A DNA stretch of 64,000 nucleotides from Candidatus Woesearchaeota archaeon (GTDB taxonomy: Archaea; Nanobdellota; Nanobdellia; Pacearchaeales; GW2011-AR1), in the NCBI GenBank assembly GCA_964467035.1, contig CAYXNX010000001.1:51373-115372 (forward strand), given 5' to 3'. The translations under genes and the position numbers were made by a program. The notes below the pieces were generated by a model, which saw only the letters and a program-made list of their open reading frames with translations, had not been told where the DNA came from and did not search any database. Positions 1 through 9,970 of the stretch are shown here, in pieces (within the stretch, counting starts at the first letter, position 1; the number at the start of each line of letters is the position of its first letter).

Positions 1-749
1 CTAGTAGCATTAGCAGATATATTTTGAGGATCATAAGAAAAAATCCCAGATACATTAATTTTTGAGATATCAATTTCCAAAACAGCAGTATCTCCGTCAT
101 AATATTTTCCATTATCCCTTGTATTCAAAGCTGTCAAAATAGTGGAATATTTTTCTAATTGAGAATTAGCTGATGAAAAATTAGTAACTCTTGTGTATGG
201 ATCTGAAAATAAAACAGTATAATTAACTGAAAAATTCTTATATCCCACATCTTTCGTAGTTTTATCATAATTTAAAATACAATGTCCAGAATTATTTGTT
301 TCATTAGTTCCAATCAGAACAGAATTTTCATAAAAATTACATCTAACTTGCTCAATTCCCGAATTTGTTGAAGAATCATAAACTCTTGCAACCAAAATTT
401 CAATATTTGGAACAACCCCTTTATCATCCTCCCCACCAACAGAATCACTCCCCCTTATCAAAATAGAATTGTTTAAAGGAGATGTTAAATTAATCTCAAT
501 ATCATAATCAGTTGTCCCTCCCAAAATTCCAAATCTTCCACGAATTGCTCCGACAATATACTCTCCAACCAGCCCAATTCCTCCAACAGTTCTTTGACTA
601 TAACTTATTGAAGAAGAATTATCATATGAAAAAGAATCTATTTTATTATCACTAGAATAACTCGTTGAAGAACCCTGAAAAGATGAAACAAACGCAGTTA
701 GAACAATCCCAAAAAAAATCACTAAAATAATTAATTTTTTATTTATCAT
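1..749 (-). CDS. Secreted/surface protein, N-terminal part (continues past window start)
   Basis: Hand translation from ATG at 749: MINKKLIILVIFFGIVLTAFVSS (signal peptide), then an open frame to the window edge, rich in N-x-S/T sequons. Confidence 0.75.
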   Translation of the reverse strand, partial: MINKKLIILVIFFGIVLTAFVSSFQGSSTSYSSDNKIDSFSYDNSSSISYSQRTVGGIGLVGEYIVGAIRGRFGILGGTTDYDIEINLTSPLNNSILIRGSDSVGGEDDKGVVPNIEILVARVYDSSTNSGIEQVRCNFYENSVLIGTNETNNSGHCILNYDKTTKDVGYKNFSVNYTVLFSDPYTRVTNFSSANSQLEKYSTILTALNTRDNGKYYDGDTAVLEIDISKINVSGIFSYDPQNISANAT

Positions 750-912
750 TTTTGGATTTTTTAATAATAATTTCCTCCTTTTCAACATCTAAAAAAATTT
801 CAATATCATCGCTTTTTTTCAAACCAAGATTTTCCAACAAAGAATTAGGAAGAGCAATTCTATTTAATTGTTGAATTTTCAATTGACCAAATTTAACTCT
901 TTTTTTACTCAT
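739..912 (-). CDS. Small AbrB/MazE/SpoVT-like DNA-binding protein (57 aa, below the ORF-track cutoff)
   Basis: Hand translation MSKKRVKFGQLKIQQLNRIALPNSLLENLGLKKSDDIEIFLDVEKEEIIIKKSKNDK fits the AbrB pattern (RI.LP..L...LGL...D.IEI); overlaps the start of the next gene. Confidence 0.7.
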   Translation of the reverse strand: MSKKRVKFGQLKIQQLNRIALPNSLLENLGLKKSDDIEIFLDVEKEEIIIKKSKNDK

Positions 913-960
913 TATACCAATACTATTATAATACTAAAATTAGTATTTAAAATTAACTGT

Positions 961-2367
961 TTAAATAGAATAATCTCCAATATATTCTTCAACTTCTTCA
1001 GTCTTCTCAGAATTTTCCTTAAGAGAATTAGCTATTTGTTTAATCCATTTAACTCTATCAAGTTTGACTTCATCATCCAAATTTTCCCTATCAGGATTAT
1101 AAGATTTTTCAAGCCAATAATCTCCAATTTCAAATCTTACAACCAATCTATTACTCACAATCTCAGATTTTGTAACTGAAACTTTTTTCTCACCAGTTTT
1201 AGATTGAACCAAAAAAGATTCTTTTTCTGTTAAATCATATTCGCTTAAATTTTCCAAAGTTTGATTATCTTTTGTTTCATTAGTTGTTAAATTTGATTCA
1301 ATTGTTTCATTGTCAATTAGCTCTGTTTCGTTATCAATTAGCTCTGTCTCGTTATCAATTAGCTCTGTCTCATTGTCAATTCTATCTGTTTCATTATCTT
1401 CTGAATTTTGAGAATCTCCAGAATCTTTTGAAAAAGATTCAATTTCCTCTCCAGAGTAAATCAATTTAACAGAAAAATCTTCAGAACTAACATTTAAAGG
1501 ATTTAAATCAATACTTAAATCATAAGTTTCATCTTGTAAAAACTCTTCACCAAATCCTTCGTGTGTTTCAGAATAATCAGTTGTAATAATTGCAATCCCA
1601 TCAGAAATTGAAAGCTCCACATCTTCTTCAGAAGAGACAATTTCAGCACTTTGTCCTTCAGATAATTCATATTCAAAAGGAGAATTTGCTGAAACAACAT
1701 CCTCCACAACATCGACTTGAGTTTGAACTGCATTTCCAGTTATAGAAGAACCCTCACCAGTTTGATTTTTTTCAGTTTGACTTTCTTCAGTTTGATTTTC
1801 TTCAGTTTGATTTTCTTCAGTTTGATTTTCTTCATCCCCCAAGTTTGAGGTTGAGGTATCATTTGAATCTCCACTATCTGAACTTGATGTATCATTTGAA
1901 TCTCCACTATCTGAACTTGATGTATCATTCACAGAATTATCCCCAGAACTCTCGCCAGAATCTTGAGATTCTTCAATTATTTTCATTGTAAATTCAACTT
2001 CGGGATAAACAGTCTTCTCCCCAACCAAACCATAACCGCTCCCATTTCCTGAAACTTGCTTATCACTAATAAAAAACTTTCCAGAATTTTCTTGCTCAGA
2101 AACTAAATCAGATAATTTATAAGATTGTGTTTTCCCATTAGAAATTAATTCAATATCTGTATCAGAAGGAATTAACTCTCCCTTGTTTAATGAAATAATC
2201 ATTTCCCCATCTTCCAAAGATTCAACATTTAAAATTGACTTTCCCACAATAGAATTTGAAAAATAAATAACAACAAAAGACAGAACCAAAATTACAAACA
2301 CAGCTAAATAAGAAAAAAGCTTTTTATTATTTAAAACCTCTTTTTTTTGTAAAATTTTTCTTGCCAT
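961..2367 (-). CDS. Membrane-anchored acidic surface protein with low-complexity repeats
   Basis: N-terminal TM helix; repeats NDTSSSDSGDS, EENQT and DNETELI; ITGNAV motif typical of DPANN surface proteins. Confidence 0.75.
   Translation of the reverse strand: MARKILQKKEVLNNKKLFSYLAVFVILVLSFVVIYFSNSIVGKSILNVESLEDGEMIISLNKGELIPSDTDIELISNGKTQSYKLSDLVSEQENSGKFFISDKQVSGNGSGYGLVGEKTVYPEVEFTMKIIEESQDSGESSGDNSVNDTSSSDSGDSNDTSSSDSGDSNDTSTSNLGDEENQTEENQTEENQTEESQTEKNQTGEGSSITGNAVQTQVDVVEDVVSANSPFEYELSEGQSAEIVSSEEDVELSISDGIAIITTDYSETHEGFGEEFLQDETYDLSIDLNPLNVSSEDFSVKLIYSGEEIESFSKDSGDSQNSEDNETDRIDNETELIDNETELIDNETELIDNETIESNLTTNETKDNQTLENLSEYDLTEKESFLVQSKTGEKKVSVTKSEIVSNRLVVRFEIGDYWLEKSYNPDRENLDDEVKLDRVKWIKQIANSLKENSEKTEEVEEYIGDYSI
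1312..1930. repeat. Intragenic tandem repeats (21-bp, 15-bp and 33-bp units)
   Basis: tcaattagctctgtytc units ~1312-1380; ttcttcagtttgatt units ~1757-1833; gtatcatttgaatctccactatctgaacttgat x2 ~1856-1930. Confidence 0.85.
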
Positions 2368-3066
2368 TTAACCTTTTGTTTGAACCATAGTTATTGCATT
2401 CCCCCAATCCACCTCACCACTAACTTGTGCATAAACTGAAATCACATCACCTTTCTTAAATTTAATAATATTTTCTGATTGCAAATCAAAATCTCTTTGA
2501 GTTTTATCTGATGAATCAATTAAATTACTAAAACCAGTATACTCTCCATTTTTGTAAACTTTCAATTCAACCTCTCCATCTCCAGAAATATCAAGATTTG
2601 TAGAAATTCCTGTAACACTTCCCTCCCTCATCATAACATATCCCTTAGTTTCACTTGTTTCCACACCAGTTACACTTTCCAAATAACTTGATTCATTAAC
2701 TATGCCAGATAAACCAAAATTCAAATTTTGAATATTTGTAACAATATTTTTTTGCACTTTTTCAAATTCATTAGTAGAATAAGTTACAACATAAACTTCC
2801 CCAGGTTTATTTTGTTGAGTATAATTCACCCCGTAGATTCCAATATTATTTTTATCAATTTTTTTAATTTTAACATTTTCAGGAAGTTTTGATTGATTTA
2901 TTTTATTAATATCTCTAACCTCTTCCTCACTAATTCCTCTTTTTGTTAAAAAAGATTTAACATATTCTTCTGCATCTCCTGTTACAGGTTCAGAAACAGA
3001 TTTTGCAAAAGCTCCGACTGAAAAAATAATCAAAAATGCAAATAAAACTAAAAATAATTTTTTCAT
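2368..3066 (-). CDS. Secreted hypothetical protein
   Basis: Signal peptide MKKLFLVLFAFLIIFSVGAFA; directly abuts the neighbouring gene. Confidence 0.7.
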   Translation of the reverse strand: MKKLFLVLFAFLIIFSVGAFAKSVSEPVTGDAEEYVKSFLTKRGISEEEVRDINKINQSKLPENVKIKKIDKNNIGIYGVNYTQQNKPGEVYVVTYSTNEFEKVQKNIVTNIQNLNFGLSGIVNESSYLESVTGVETSETKGYVMMREGSVTGISTNLDISGDGEVELKVYKNGEYTGFSNLIDSSDKTQRDFDLQSENIIKFKKGDVISVYAQVSGEVDWGNAITMVQTKG

Positions 3067-3081
3067 TTTCCTCTTTTATAT

Positions 3082-3363
3082 TCATCCCAAATTTGTAGGA
3101 TTTTGTCCTTGTTCTGATTCTTGCAATTGTTGCTCTAATTGTTGGTTTCTTGCTAAAACAACAGTTTGTTCATCATTACTCAATACAATGTAACCTTGTT
3201 GATTTACTTGCTGTATTATTGTATTAACTGCTGCTTGCTGACTTTCTATTTGTTTGTTAATAACATAACCTTGGAAAGAAGGTGCTATAACAACTACTGT
3301 TAATAACGCAAGTGTAAGAATAACAATAACACCAATTGCAACTTTAAATTTAACGTCTTTCAT
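3082..3363 (-). CDS. Small membrane-anchored hypothetical protein
   Basis: One N-terminal TM, Gln-rich; GGAGG upstream. Confidence 0.65.
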   Translation of the reverse strand: MKDVKFKVAIGVIVILTLALLTVVVIAPSFQGYVINKQIESQQAAVNTIIQQVNQQGYIVLSNDEQTVVLARNQQLEQQLQESEQGQNPTNLG

Positions 3364-3412
3364 CTTACCTCCAATAGTTTAAATTAATTAATCTTTTTAA
3401 ATTATTTGGTAA

Positions 3413-4618
3413 TTATCTAACAATTTCTCCCAACCCTATCAATCTCCAATGCCCTTTAATATTTCTTGCCAAACCTACACTATCCCCTTCAAAAGGAACT
3501 ACAGGAATACTTAAATTCATTTCTAAAACACCTTTTGACAATTTCACAACTTTTCCAACAGTTGTCGAAGTGCAAACACTCATCATCAACATTTCCCCTG
3601 GTTTAAAATCTTCAACATCTTGATGCCCCTCCATACCTAAAATCTCTTTAAAATGCTGGGCTTTAATCTTTAAATTATCCGTAATTTCAGGTAAACTTCC
3701 TTTCAGCCCTGCAACAGTTCCAGAAAGCAAATCAGTTTTTGTCAAAGCCATATCCAACTCTGTTTCAATAGATAAACTTCCTCCAGGAGTTGCCTTTTCT
3801 AATTTATGGCTTCCCCTAAAAATAGATTTAATTTTTGTTCTAACTGTTTCATATCTTTTTTGATTTTTTTCAACAACCAACCTCCCGGGTTTTATCTCAA
3901 TTTCATCCCCTTCTTTTAATTTACCCTTAATTAAAGCACCCCCCAAAACCCCTCCGTGCAAATCCTTAATTTTAGTTCCAGGTTTATTAATATCAAAACT
4001 TCTAGCAACAACAAAAACCGGTTCACTTTTTTCATCTTTTTCAGGAATATCCATGCTGGATAAATTTTCATAAATTTTATCAATATTAATTTTTTGTTCA
4101 GCAGATACCGGAATTATTGGAGAATTTTCTGCAATAGTTCCTTTAACAAATTCTTTTATCTCTTTATAATTTTTCAAAGCTTGCTCTTTAGAAACTAAAT
4201 CAATTTTATTTTGAACAATTACGATTTTATTAATATTCTTAGCTTGTAAAGCAATTAAATGTTCTTTTGTTTGAGGTTTAACACCCTCATTAGCAGCTAC
4301 AACTAAAATCGCAGCATCAACCATTGCAGCTCCAGAAAGCATAGTAGCCATCAACATTTCATGCCCAGGCACATCAACAAAAGTCAAATACCTAAAAACT
4401 TCTCCCTCTTTTATACCATATTTTCCATCTTTTTTTCTTAGAATAACATCTGCATAACCTAATTTAATTGTAATCCCTCTCTTAAGCTCCTCGCTATGAG
4501 TATCAGCAAACTTCCCAGTAAGAGCATTCAATAAAGTTGTTTTCCCATGATCAATATGCCCCACAACACCCACATTTAACACCGGAAGCTTTGAAATATC
4601 AATTTGTTCTTTTACCAT
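3413..4618 (-). CDS. eif2g: Translation initiation factor aIF2 gamma subunit
   Basis: GHIDHGKT, EELKRGITIKLGY, DVPGHE, NKID, RSFDINKPG, WRLIG. Confidence 0.97.
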   Translation of the reverse strand: MVKEQIDISKLPVLNVGVVGHIDHGKTTLLNALTGKFADTHSEELKRGITIKLGYADVILRKKDGKYGIKEGEVFRYLTFVDVPGHEMLMATMLSGAAMVDAAILVVAANEGVKPQTKEHLIALQAKNINKIVIVQNKIDLVSKEQALKNYKEIKEFVKGTIAENSPIIPVSAEQKINIDKIYENLSSMDIPEKDEKSEPVFVVARSFDINKPGTKIKDLHGGVLGGALIKGKLKEGDEIEIKPGRLVVEKNQKRYETVRTKIKSIFRGSHKLEKATPGGSLSIETELDMALTKTDLLSGTVAGLKGSLPEITDNLKIKAQHFKEILGMEGHQDVEDFKPGEMLMMSVCTSTTVGKVVKLSKGVLEMNLSIPVVPFEGDSVGLARNIKGHWRLIGLGEIVR

Positions 4619-5013
4619 AAAATTTCAAGAAATACTTTGTTAAAAAATGTTTGGGTTGGTAGATTTGGTGAAACCACATAATATTTATTTTTCTATAACT
4701 AATTAATTCACCAACCTCTAAAGAGTTAGTGGGCGAAAGAAGACGAACACGAGTGCTAATTTTAATAAACAAAATTTTGATTCCCTTTCAAGAGTGGGCA
4801 ATCCAATGGGGTTAGGAATTGCCAGAGGGTGGGGCGTCTACAAACGACGCTCAAAATAAAAGAACCAAAATTTTGAAAGACAAGTGTAAGAACAAATTAG
4901 GAATATGGTGAGGGTAAGGTTTTGTCAAAAGCAAGATAGTAGAAATTCCTGAAAAATTCAAACTTATTTCTAAAATTATGAAAAGTCATTGGGAATACTC
5001 TAATGATTGTAAA

Positions 5014-5265
5014 TTACCTTCCATAAACATTCTTCCTATGACCCACTTTCAAAACATATAAAATCTTAACATCCTTTTCAATATCAATAATCAATCTATA
5101 ATTTCCTATTCTTAATTTATACCCTCTCAACTCAACCAAAGGTTCAAGAAATCTAAAAGGATCAATTTTACATTCTTGAAGTTTCATCCAAATTCTTTTT
5201 TTAATTTGATTGTCTAATTTATTTAAATAATTTAAAGCTCTTTTTTCAAAAATAAGTTTATACCT
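5014..5265 (-). pseudogene. RelE/ParE-family toxin with AGG in place of the start codon
   Basis: Frame (R)YKLIFEKRALNYLNKLD...YKLRIGNYRLII...KVGHRKNVYGR*; the expected ATG after the antitoxin stop is AGG (5263-5265), with an in-frame TAG just upstream. Confidence 0.7.
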
Positions 5266-5266
5266 T

Positions 5267-5509
5267 TTAAATGCCTAAAATTTTCTTAGCTTCTTCTTCA
5301 GTATAAAATTCTCCTTTCTTAATTTTCTCTCTTGCTTCTTTAATCTCAACAATTGTCTTCTGACTCAACTTAGGCTGTTTCTCACACAATTTCATTAGAT
5401 GAATCAATTTTCTAACTAATTCATCATAACTTTCATTCTTGTATTGTCTAAATGCATCCAATTCTGATTTTGTCTTTTGATTTATTCTTATTGTTGTTTC
5501 CATATACAA
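5267..5509 (-). CDS. Antitoxin (RHH-like N-terminus) of a RelE pair
   Basis: METTIRINQKTKSELD...ESYDELV and C-terminal GEFYTEEEAKKILG; directly upstream of the RelE frame. Confidence 0.8.
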   Translation of the reverse strand: MYMETTIRINQKTKSELDAFRQYKNESYDELVRKLIHLMKLCEKQPKLSQKTIVEIKEAREKIKKGEFYTEEEAKKILGI

Positions 5510-5702
5510 ACATATACATAAGTAGATTATTTAAACTTTTCGTGTAAAAATTCAAAATTATTTCTAAAACTATAAAGATTTATTAAAATACTGTAAATCT
5601 ATTCTTTCCTTAAACTCTTATTTTGAGCTAAATAACAGCTACTACCTAAAACTTCTGCAGATCCAATAATAAAATACAAAGTTCATAAAAAAAGCACAAC
5701 AT

Positions 5703-5873
5703 ATGGAAATAAAATTTGTTAATTTTCCTATCCAGGGTAACATAGACATTTTCAAAAATAAAGTTTTAATAGTTTCATGGAAAAATCCAAAGATAGGGAT
5801 TTTAATTCACTCAAAAAATATAGCAGACAATTTAAGAGAATATTTTAATCAAATCTGGAAAGAAAATCAATAA
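5703..5873 (+). pseudogene. C-terminal remnant of a TrmB-like regulator
   Basis: MEIKFVNFPIQGNIDIFKNKVLIVSW..PKIGILIHSKNIADNLREYFNQIWK resembles the effector tail of DPANN TrmB-like proteins; no HTH part upstream. Confidence 0.5.
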
Positions 5874-5914
5874 GCTCTAAATAAAAGAAATCTACCAAAT
5901 AGTTATAATAACCT

Positions 5915-6187
5915 CTATAAATCAGAATAATATTTTGGATAAAAAACCTTAACCATTAAATTCAACCCAATCATTCTCCCATTAGTATATTCAAATTGAT
6001 TATCACCAAGAATACTAGGCAAATATTCATCAATAATCCTATTAAAAATCATCAAATCCCCTGTCCCAGGTTTAAAAGCAGGATTAGTTCCTTTAACACT
6101 AGTCCATCCTTTATTAGCTCCCAAAGCATAATTTACCATTCCTTCTAAAATATCTTTTCTAATCTTCAAAATACTTGTAGAATCCAT
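5915..6187 (-). CDS. Hypothetical protein
   Basis: ORF overlapping the rps6e stop (TAATG). Confidence 0.5.
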   Translation of the reverse strand: MDSTSILKIRKDILEGMVNYALGANKGWTSVKGTNPAFKPGTGDLMIFNRIIDEYLPSILGDNQFEYTNGRMIGLNLMVKVFYPKYYSDL

Positions 6188-6582
6188 TATTCACTTTTCT
6201 CTTCACTCTCTTCTTTCTTAAAAACCTCTTCCAACTTTTTCCCGCCTTCTTTAATAACTTTAGTATTAATCTGAGAAGTTACTAAAGCAATTTGGTTTCC
6301 TCTTACTGATTTCTTCTTTCTTACTCCCTTATTTTTCACTTTTCTCAAAAAAGGCCCTTTTGTAAACATAACTTTCCTCAAATTCGACCCTTCTTCTTCC
6401 TTTTTTCCTGGAAAACCAGATTTATCACTTGTCCCAGTTATTTCAAGTTCATAACCCTGAAGCTCTCCAGAAACATCACCCCCAGAAATTCTTTCTCCCA
6501 TTTTTTTCCCAACTAAAAATTCATTTTCAATTTCCAGTTTATAGGTTTTGCCTTTATCTGATATATTAATCTTAAACGCCAT
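6187..6582 (-). CDS. rps6e: 30S ribosomal protein S6e
   Basis: FKINISD, GYELEITGTSDKSGFP, KKKSVRGNQI. Confidence 0.95.
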   Translation of the reverse strand: MAFKINISDKGKTYKLEIENEFLVGKKMGERISGGDVSGELQGYELEITGTSDKSGFPGKKEEEGSNLRKVMFTKGPFLRKVKNKGVRKKKSVRGNQIALVTSQINTKVIKEGGKKLEEVFKKEESEEKSE

Positions 6583-6632
6583 ATTTATCCATCATCAAGA
6601 GCATTTTTAAAGCTTGCTATCTGCAAAAATCT

Positions 6633-7376
6633 ATGTCACAAGAAATTATTTTAGCAATAATTCAAGCTCTCACCGAATTCCTCCCAATATCTAGTTCTGG
6701 CCATCTAGCCTTCTTTTCAAATCTTATCGGTTCCCCAAATCTTTTTTTAATCACAATCCTACATATTGCCTCACTACTTGCAATTTTAATTTTCACAAGA
6801 AAAGAAATCTATGAAATCGCAACAATAAAACAAAATAAACTTTTAGCCTACTTAATAATCGCAACAATCCCTGCCGCCCTTTTTGGATTTTTTTTCAAAG
6901 ATTTTATTGAATCAGCCCTAAACTCTTTTCTTTTTATAGGAATATCTTTCCTCTTCACAGGCACAATCCTTTTACTAACAAAAATCCCAGTAAAATCTTC
7001 AAAATTAAATTTGAAAAATTCCCTATTCATTGGCTTATTTCAAACATTAGCCTTATTTCCAGGAGTTTCAAGAAGCGGAATGACAATCTCTGCCTCTTTG
7101 TTTTCAGGAATTTCAAAAGAAAAAGCAACAAAATTTTCCTTCCTTCTTTTCATTCCATTATCAATAGGTGCAATAATCTTAGAATCAGGGAATGCTTATT
7201 TTTCAATCCCTCTTGCAATCGCATTCATTATTTGTTTTTTCTTAAGCATTCTATTCCTTAATCTAATTTACATAATAATCAAAAAAGACAAATTTTGGCT
7301 ATTTTCATTCTATTGTTTTTTAATTGGAATAATATCTTTAATAATTTATTTTATGAATCTCTTCCAATTTCCTTAG
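6633..7376 (+). CDS. uppP: Undecaprenyl-diphosphate phosphatase (BacA family)
   Basis: QALTEFLPISSSGH and ALFPGVSRSGMTI motifs; multiple TMs. Confidence 0.92.
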   Translation: MSQEIILAIIQALTEFLPISSSGHLAFFSNLIGSPNLFLITILHIASLLAILIFTRKEIYEIATIKQNKLLAYLIIATIPAALFGFFFKDFIESALNSFLFIGISFLFTGTILLLTKIPVKSSKLNLKNSLFIGLFQTLALFPGVSRSGMTISASLFSGISKEKATKFSFLLFIPLSIGAIILESGNAYFSIPLAIAFIICFFLSILFLNLIYIIIKKDKFWLFSFYCFLIGIISLIIYFMNLFQFP

Positions 7377-7962
7377 ACCTTTTTTTAATTCTTTCAGCAA
7401 TTTCACTCAACAACTTAAAATCTTCTTTTTCTTCTCTAACCATTTCCTCAATCTTCCCAAAATCTCTTGATTGCAACAAAAAATTCATCGAACAAACTTC
7501 AACAAATGGAATTAAATTACCCATTCTTTGATAAAATTCATTTTCAATCAAATAAACTCTTTCAGGATTTTCAAATCTCTTCTGATCTTTCTCATCCATA
7601 TTTTCCAAATACATTCTTTGATCCTCTTGTTGTTCCTCTGAAAACTCTTCATAAACTTTTAAAGGTCTCCAACCTCTTCCAGAAATATTCTCAGAAAGAA
7701 CAGTCAAACACTTATATCCTTTCGGCTCCGAATCTTCTCCAATGTAAAAAGAAATATAAGGCCTTTTAAAACCAACAGAAGGAAAATAACTAAATTTTAA
7801 AAAACTGGGTTTAACACAAACTCCCTGAACATAATTCAAACTAACCTTTTTTTCCAAAGGATCAACAACCCCTAAAACCTCTCCCTTACCAACTTCTCTA
7901 ACATCATAAACTCTTTTTCCGTTTCTCAAGAAAAATTCATCCCGAACATCTAAATCAACCAT
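7351..7962 (-). CDS. Hypothetical protein
   Basis: 203-aa ORF with typical purine-rich coding bias. Confidence 0.6.
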   Translation of the reverse strand: MVDLDVRDEFFLRNGKRVYDVREVGKGEVLGVVDPLEKKVSLNYVQGVCVKPSFLKFSYFPSVGFKRPYISFYIGEDSEPKGYKCLTVLSENISGRGWRPLKVYEEFSEEQQEDQRMYLENMDEKDQKRFENPERVYLIENEFYQRMGNLIPFVEVCSMNFLLQSRDFGKIEEMVREEKEDFKLLSEIAERIKKRSKEIGRDS

Positions 7963-8008
7963 AAATAATAAAACAAAAACAAATTATTAAACTTTATTAA
8001 ATTCTAAA

Positions 8009-8401
8009 CTATAATTTAATTTTATCAAGAAGCTCCTCTTCCTCTTTCATATGAGCCCGAAGTTTATCAACCAACATTCTACCATCAGTATCTAAAGAAG
8101 CAATAATTTCACTTTCATCTCCAGATTTTATTGCATCATGAATAACCTTCAAATGTCCCTTCAATAATCTATGAGAAGTTTTCATCTTTTCAATCGGAAA
8201 ATCTTCTTCTGAAAAATTCTCTTCAAAAAACTTCTCTTCCTTATCTTCATGAGTATTCCACATATCATGCAATTTTTTAAAAACATGGGATAAATTAGCG
8301 TGATTAACTTCATTATTTTCTTCGGTATCTATAATAGTCTCTAACTCAATTAATTCCCTATTTATAGCCTCATGTTCTTTTTTTATATTAAAATTTTTCA
8401 T
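8009..8401 (-). CDS. Hemerythrin/HHE cation-binding domain protein
   Basis: EH, HEDKEE, SH and HMKEEE motifs. Confidence 0.8.
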   Translation of the reverse strand: MKNFNIKKEHEAINRELIELETIIDTEENNEVNHANLSHVFKKLHDMWNTHEDKEEKFFEENFSEEDFPIEKMKTSHRLLKGHLKVIHDAIKSGDESEIIASLDTDGRMLVDKLRAHMKEEEELLDKIKL

Positions 8402-8445
8402 GTTAATTTGAGGTAATTAAATTATTTAAGTTTAACTATAAAAAA

Positions 8446-9042
8446 TCAGTCATTTACAATAGGCACAAAAACAAAATTCTGAAACTCTTGAATTTTATTC
8501 TCCCCTGATTCCTTTTTAACAACAACAATAGAATCTCTAACAGGAGCAACTAAAACTCCCTTAAATTTTAAATTATTATTAACTAAATCACTTGGGAATT
8601 CATCGAAAGCTGCACTTACTAAAATTCTATCAAATTTTTCATCACCAATTTTCTTCAATGCATTTCCACAATTTATCTCAATATTTTCATAATTTTTCAA
8701 TTTTTCTTTAGAACTTTGCACCAATTCGCTTATTCTTTCAATACCTAAAATCTTTCCATTTTTATTCAGTTCACTTAACAAAGCTAAAACATAACCACTT
8801 CCAGAACCAACTTCCAAAATCTTATCTCCCTCCTCAACTTCCAACAAAGTAAGCATAAAAGCAATAGTATAAGGTTGAGAAATCGTCTGTCCTCCAAAAA
8901 TTGGTAAAGGCACATTTTTATATGATTCTTCCTTTAACTCAGGTGAAACAAACAAACTCCTATCTACTTTTTCAAAAGCATCCATAATTTTATCTGGAAA
9001 ATTAAATTTCTTCAATTCCTTAATCATATTTTCTTTATTCAT
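8446..9042 (-). CDS. pcm: Protein-L-isoaspartate O-methyltransferase
   Basis: GQTISQP, ILEVGSGSGY, FDRILVSAA, FVFVP. Confidence 0.93.
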   Translation of the reverse strand: MNKENMIKELKKFNFPDKIMDAFEKVDRSLFVSPELKEESYKNVPLPIFGGQTISQPYTIAFMLTLLEVEEGDKILEVGSGSGYVLALLSELNKNGKILGIERISELVQSSKEKLKNYENIEINCGNALKKIGDEKFDRILVSAAFDEFPSDLVNNNLKFKGVLVAPVRDSIVVVKKESGENKIQEFQNFVFVPIVND

Positions 9043-9268
9043 TTTAATCCAAAGTATTTAACACAAAAAAATATTTAACACACAATTATGCAAATAACAA
9101 AGACCCCCAAATTTTAAGTAATTTTTGGTTTTAGATTCAAACAAATAAAATCAAAATCAGTCAAAGAAAAAAGGAATTAAGATAATTAAAACAAAAATTC
9201 CAAATTTTTAATAAACCAAAAATTATTTAATAATAACTATCCAAATACATAAAGGTAATCAAATAAAA

Positions 9269-9829
9269 ATGAAGTTTACAATTTGCAAAAAAATATTTGG
9301 AAAATATTCTGTCCAAGATTCTTCTGGAAAAAATTTATTTTTTTGCAAAAGAAAATTCCCTCTTTTTTGGAGATATAAGTTTATAGATTCAAATAAAAAA
9401 GAAATTTTTTCAATAAAAAGAAAAAAATTTTCATTTGCCTACGAAATTTATGAGTTAAAAAAAGAAAATAACAATTATGCAAAAGTGATAAAAGAACCAG
9501 CATTCAATATGCTTTTTCCAACAATCCCGTTAGGAGTAAATAAAAAATCAAACGACTTAACAATAGCAAAGATAAAAAAACAAAAAGGGACAACAATCAA
9601 AATGAATGCTAAAAATTTGATACAAGAAAATTATCAAGCAGATTTTATCCAAGAAGGCAAAACTATTGCAAAATCAAAAAAAATATTGGGATTAAAAGGA
9701 GTAACAAAACTATATGATGTTGAGATTATTAAAAGTCAAGATACTCCATTAATTTTTGCTAGCTTAATTATAATGGATATTATGTCAAAAAATACTAAAA
9801 AAACTCAAACAGCATGCAATCAGGCATAA
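9269..9829 (+). CDS. LURP-one-related/Tubby-C-like (scramblase-fold) protein
   Basis: Repeated beta-strand pattern (Y.V.D..G..LF) ending in a buried helix PLIFASLIIMD. Confidence 0.6.
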   Translation: MKFTICKKIFGKYSVQDSSGKNLFFCKRKFPLFWRYKFIDSNKKEIFSIKRKKFSFAYEIYELKKENNNYAKVIKEPAFNMLFPTIPLGVNKKSNDLTIAKIKKQKGTTIKMNAKNLIQENYQADFIQEGKTIAKSKKILGLKGVTKLYDVEIIKSQDTPLIFASLIIMDIMSKNTKKTQTACNQA

Positions 9830-9935
9830 GAATTGGGGGAAGAAAATAAAATAAAAATTCACTGAACAATACTACTTCCAATAAAATCTATTAATTCTAA
9901 ACTCCCCCCAACTATTAAAGAGAAGTGTGATACTT

Positions 9936-9954
9936 TTTCAAAGCGCCCCGACCG
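9936..9954. repeat. att site: 19-bp direct repeat of the tRNA-Asp 3' end
   Basis: tttcaaagcgccccgaccg at 9936-9954 is identical to 19792-19810. Confidence 0.9.
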
Positions 9955-9970
9955 CACGTCATGAATTTGT

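Noticed and set aside
9833..9911. Possible MITE (TTGGGGGA...TCCCCCCAA)
   Set aside because: Inverted repeat is short and imperfect, with no target duplication.
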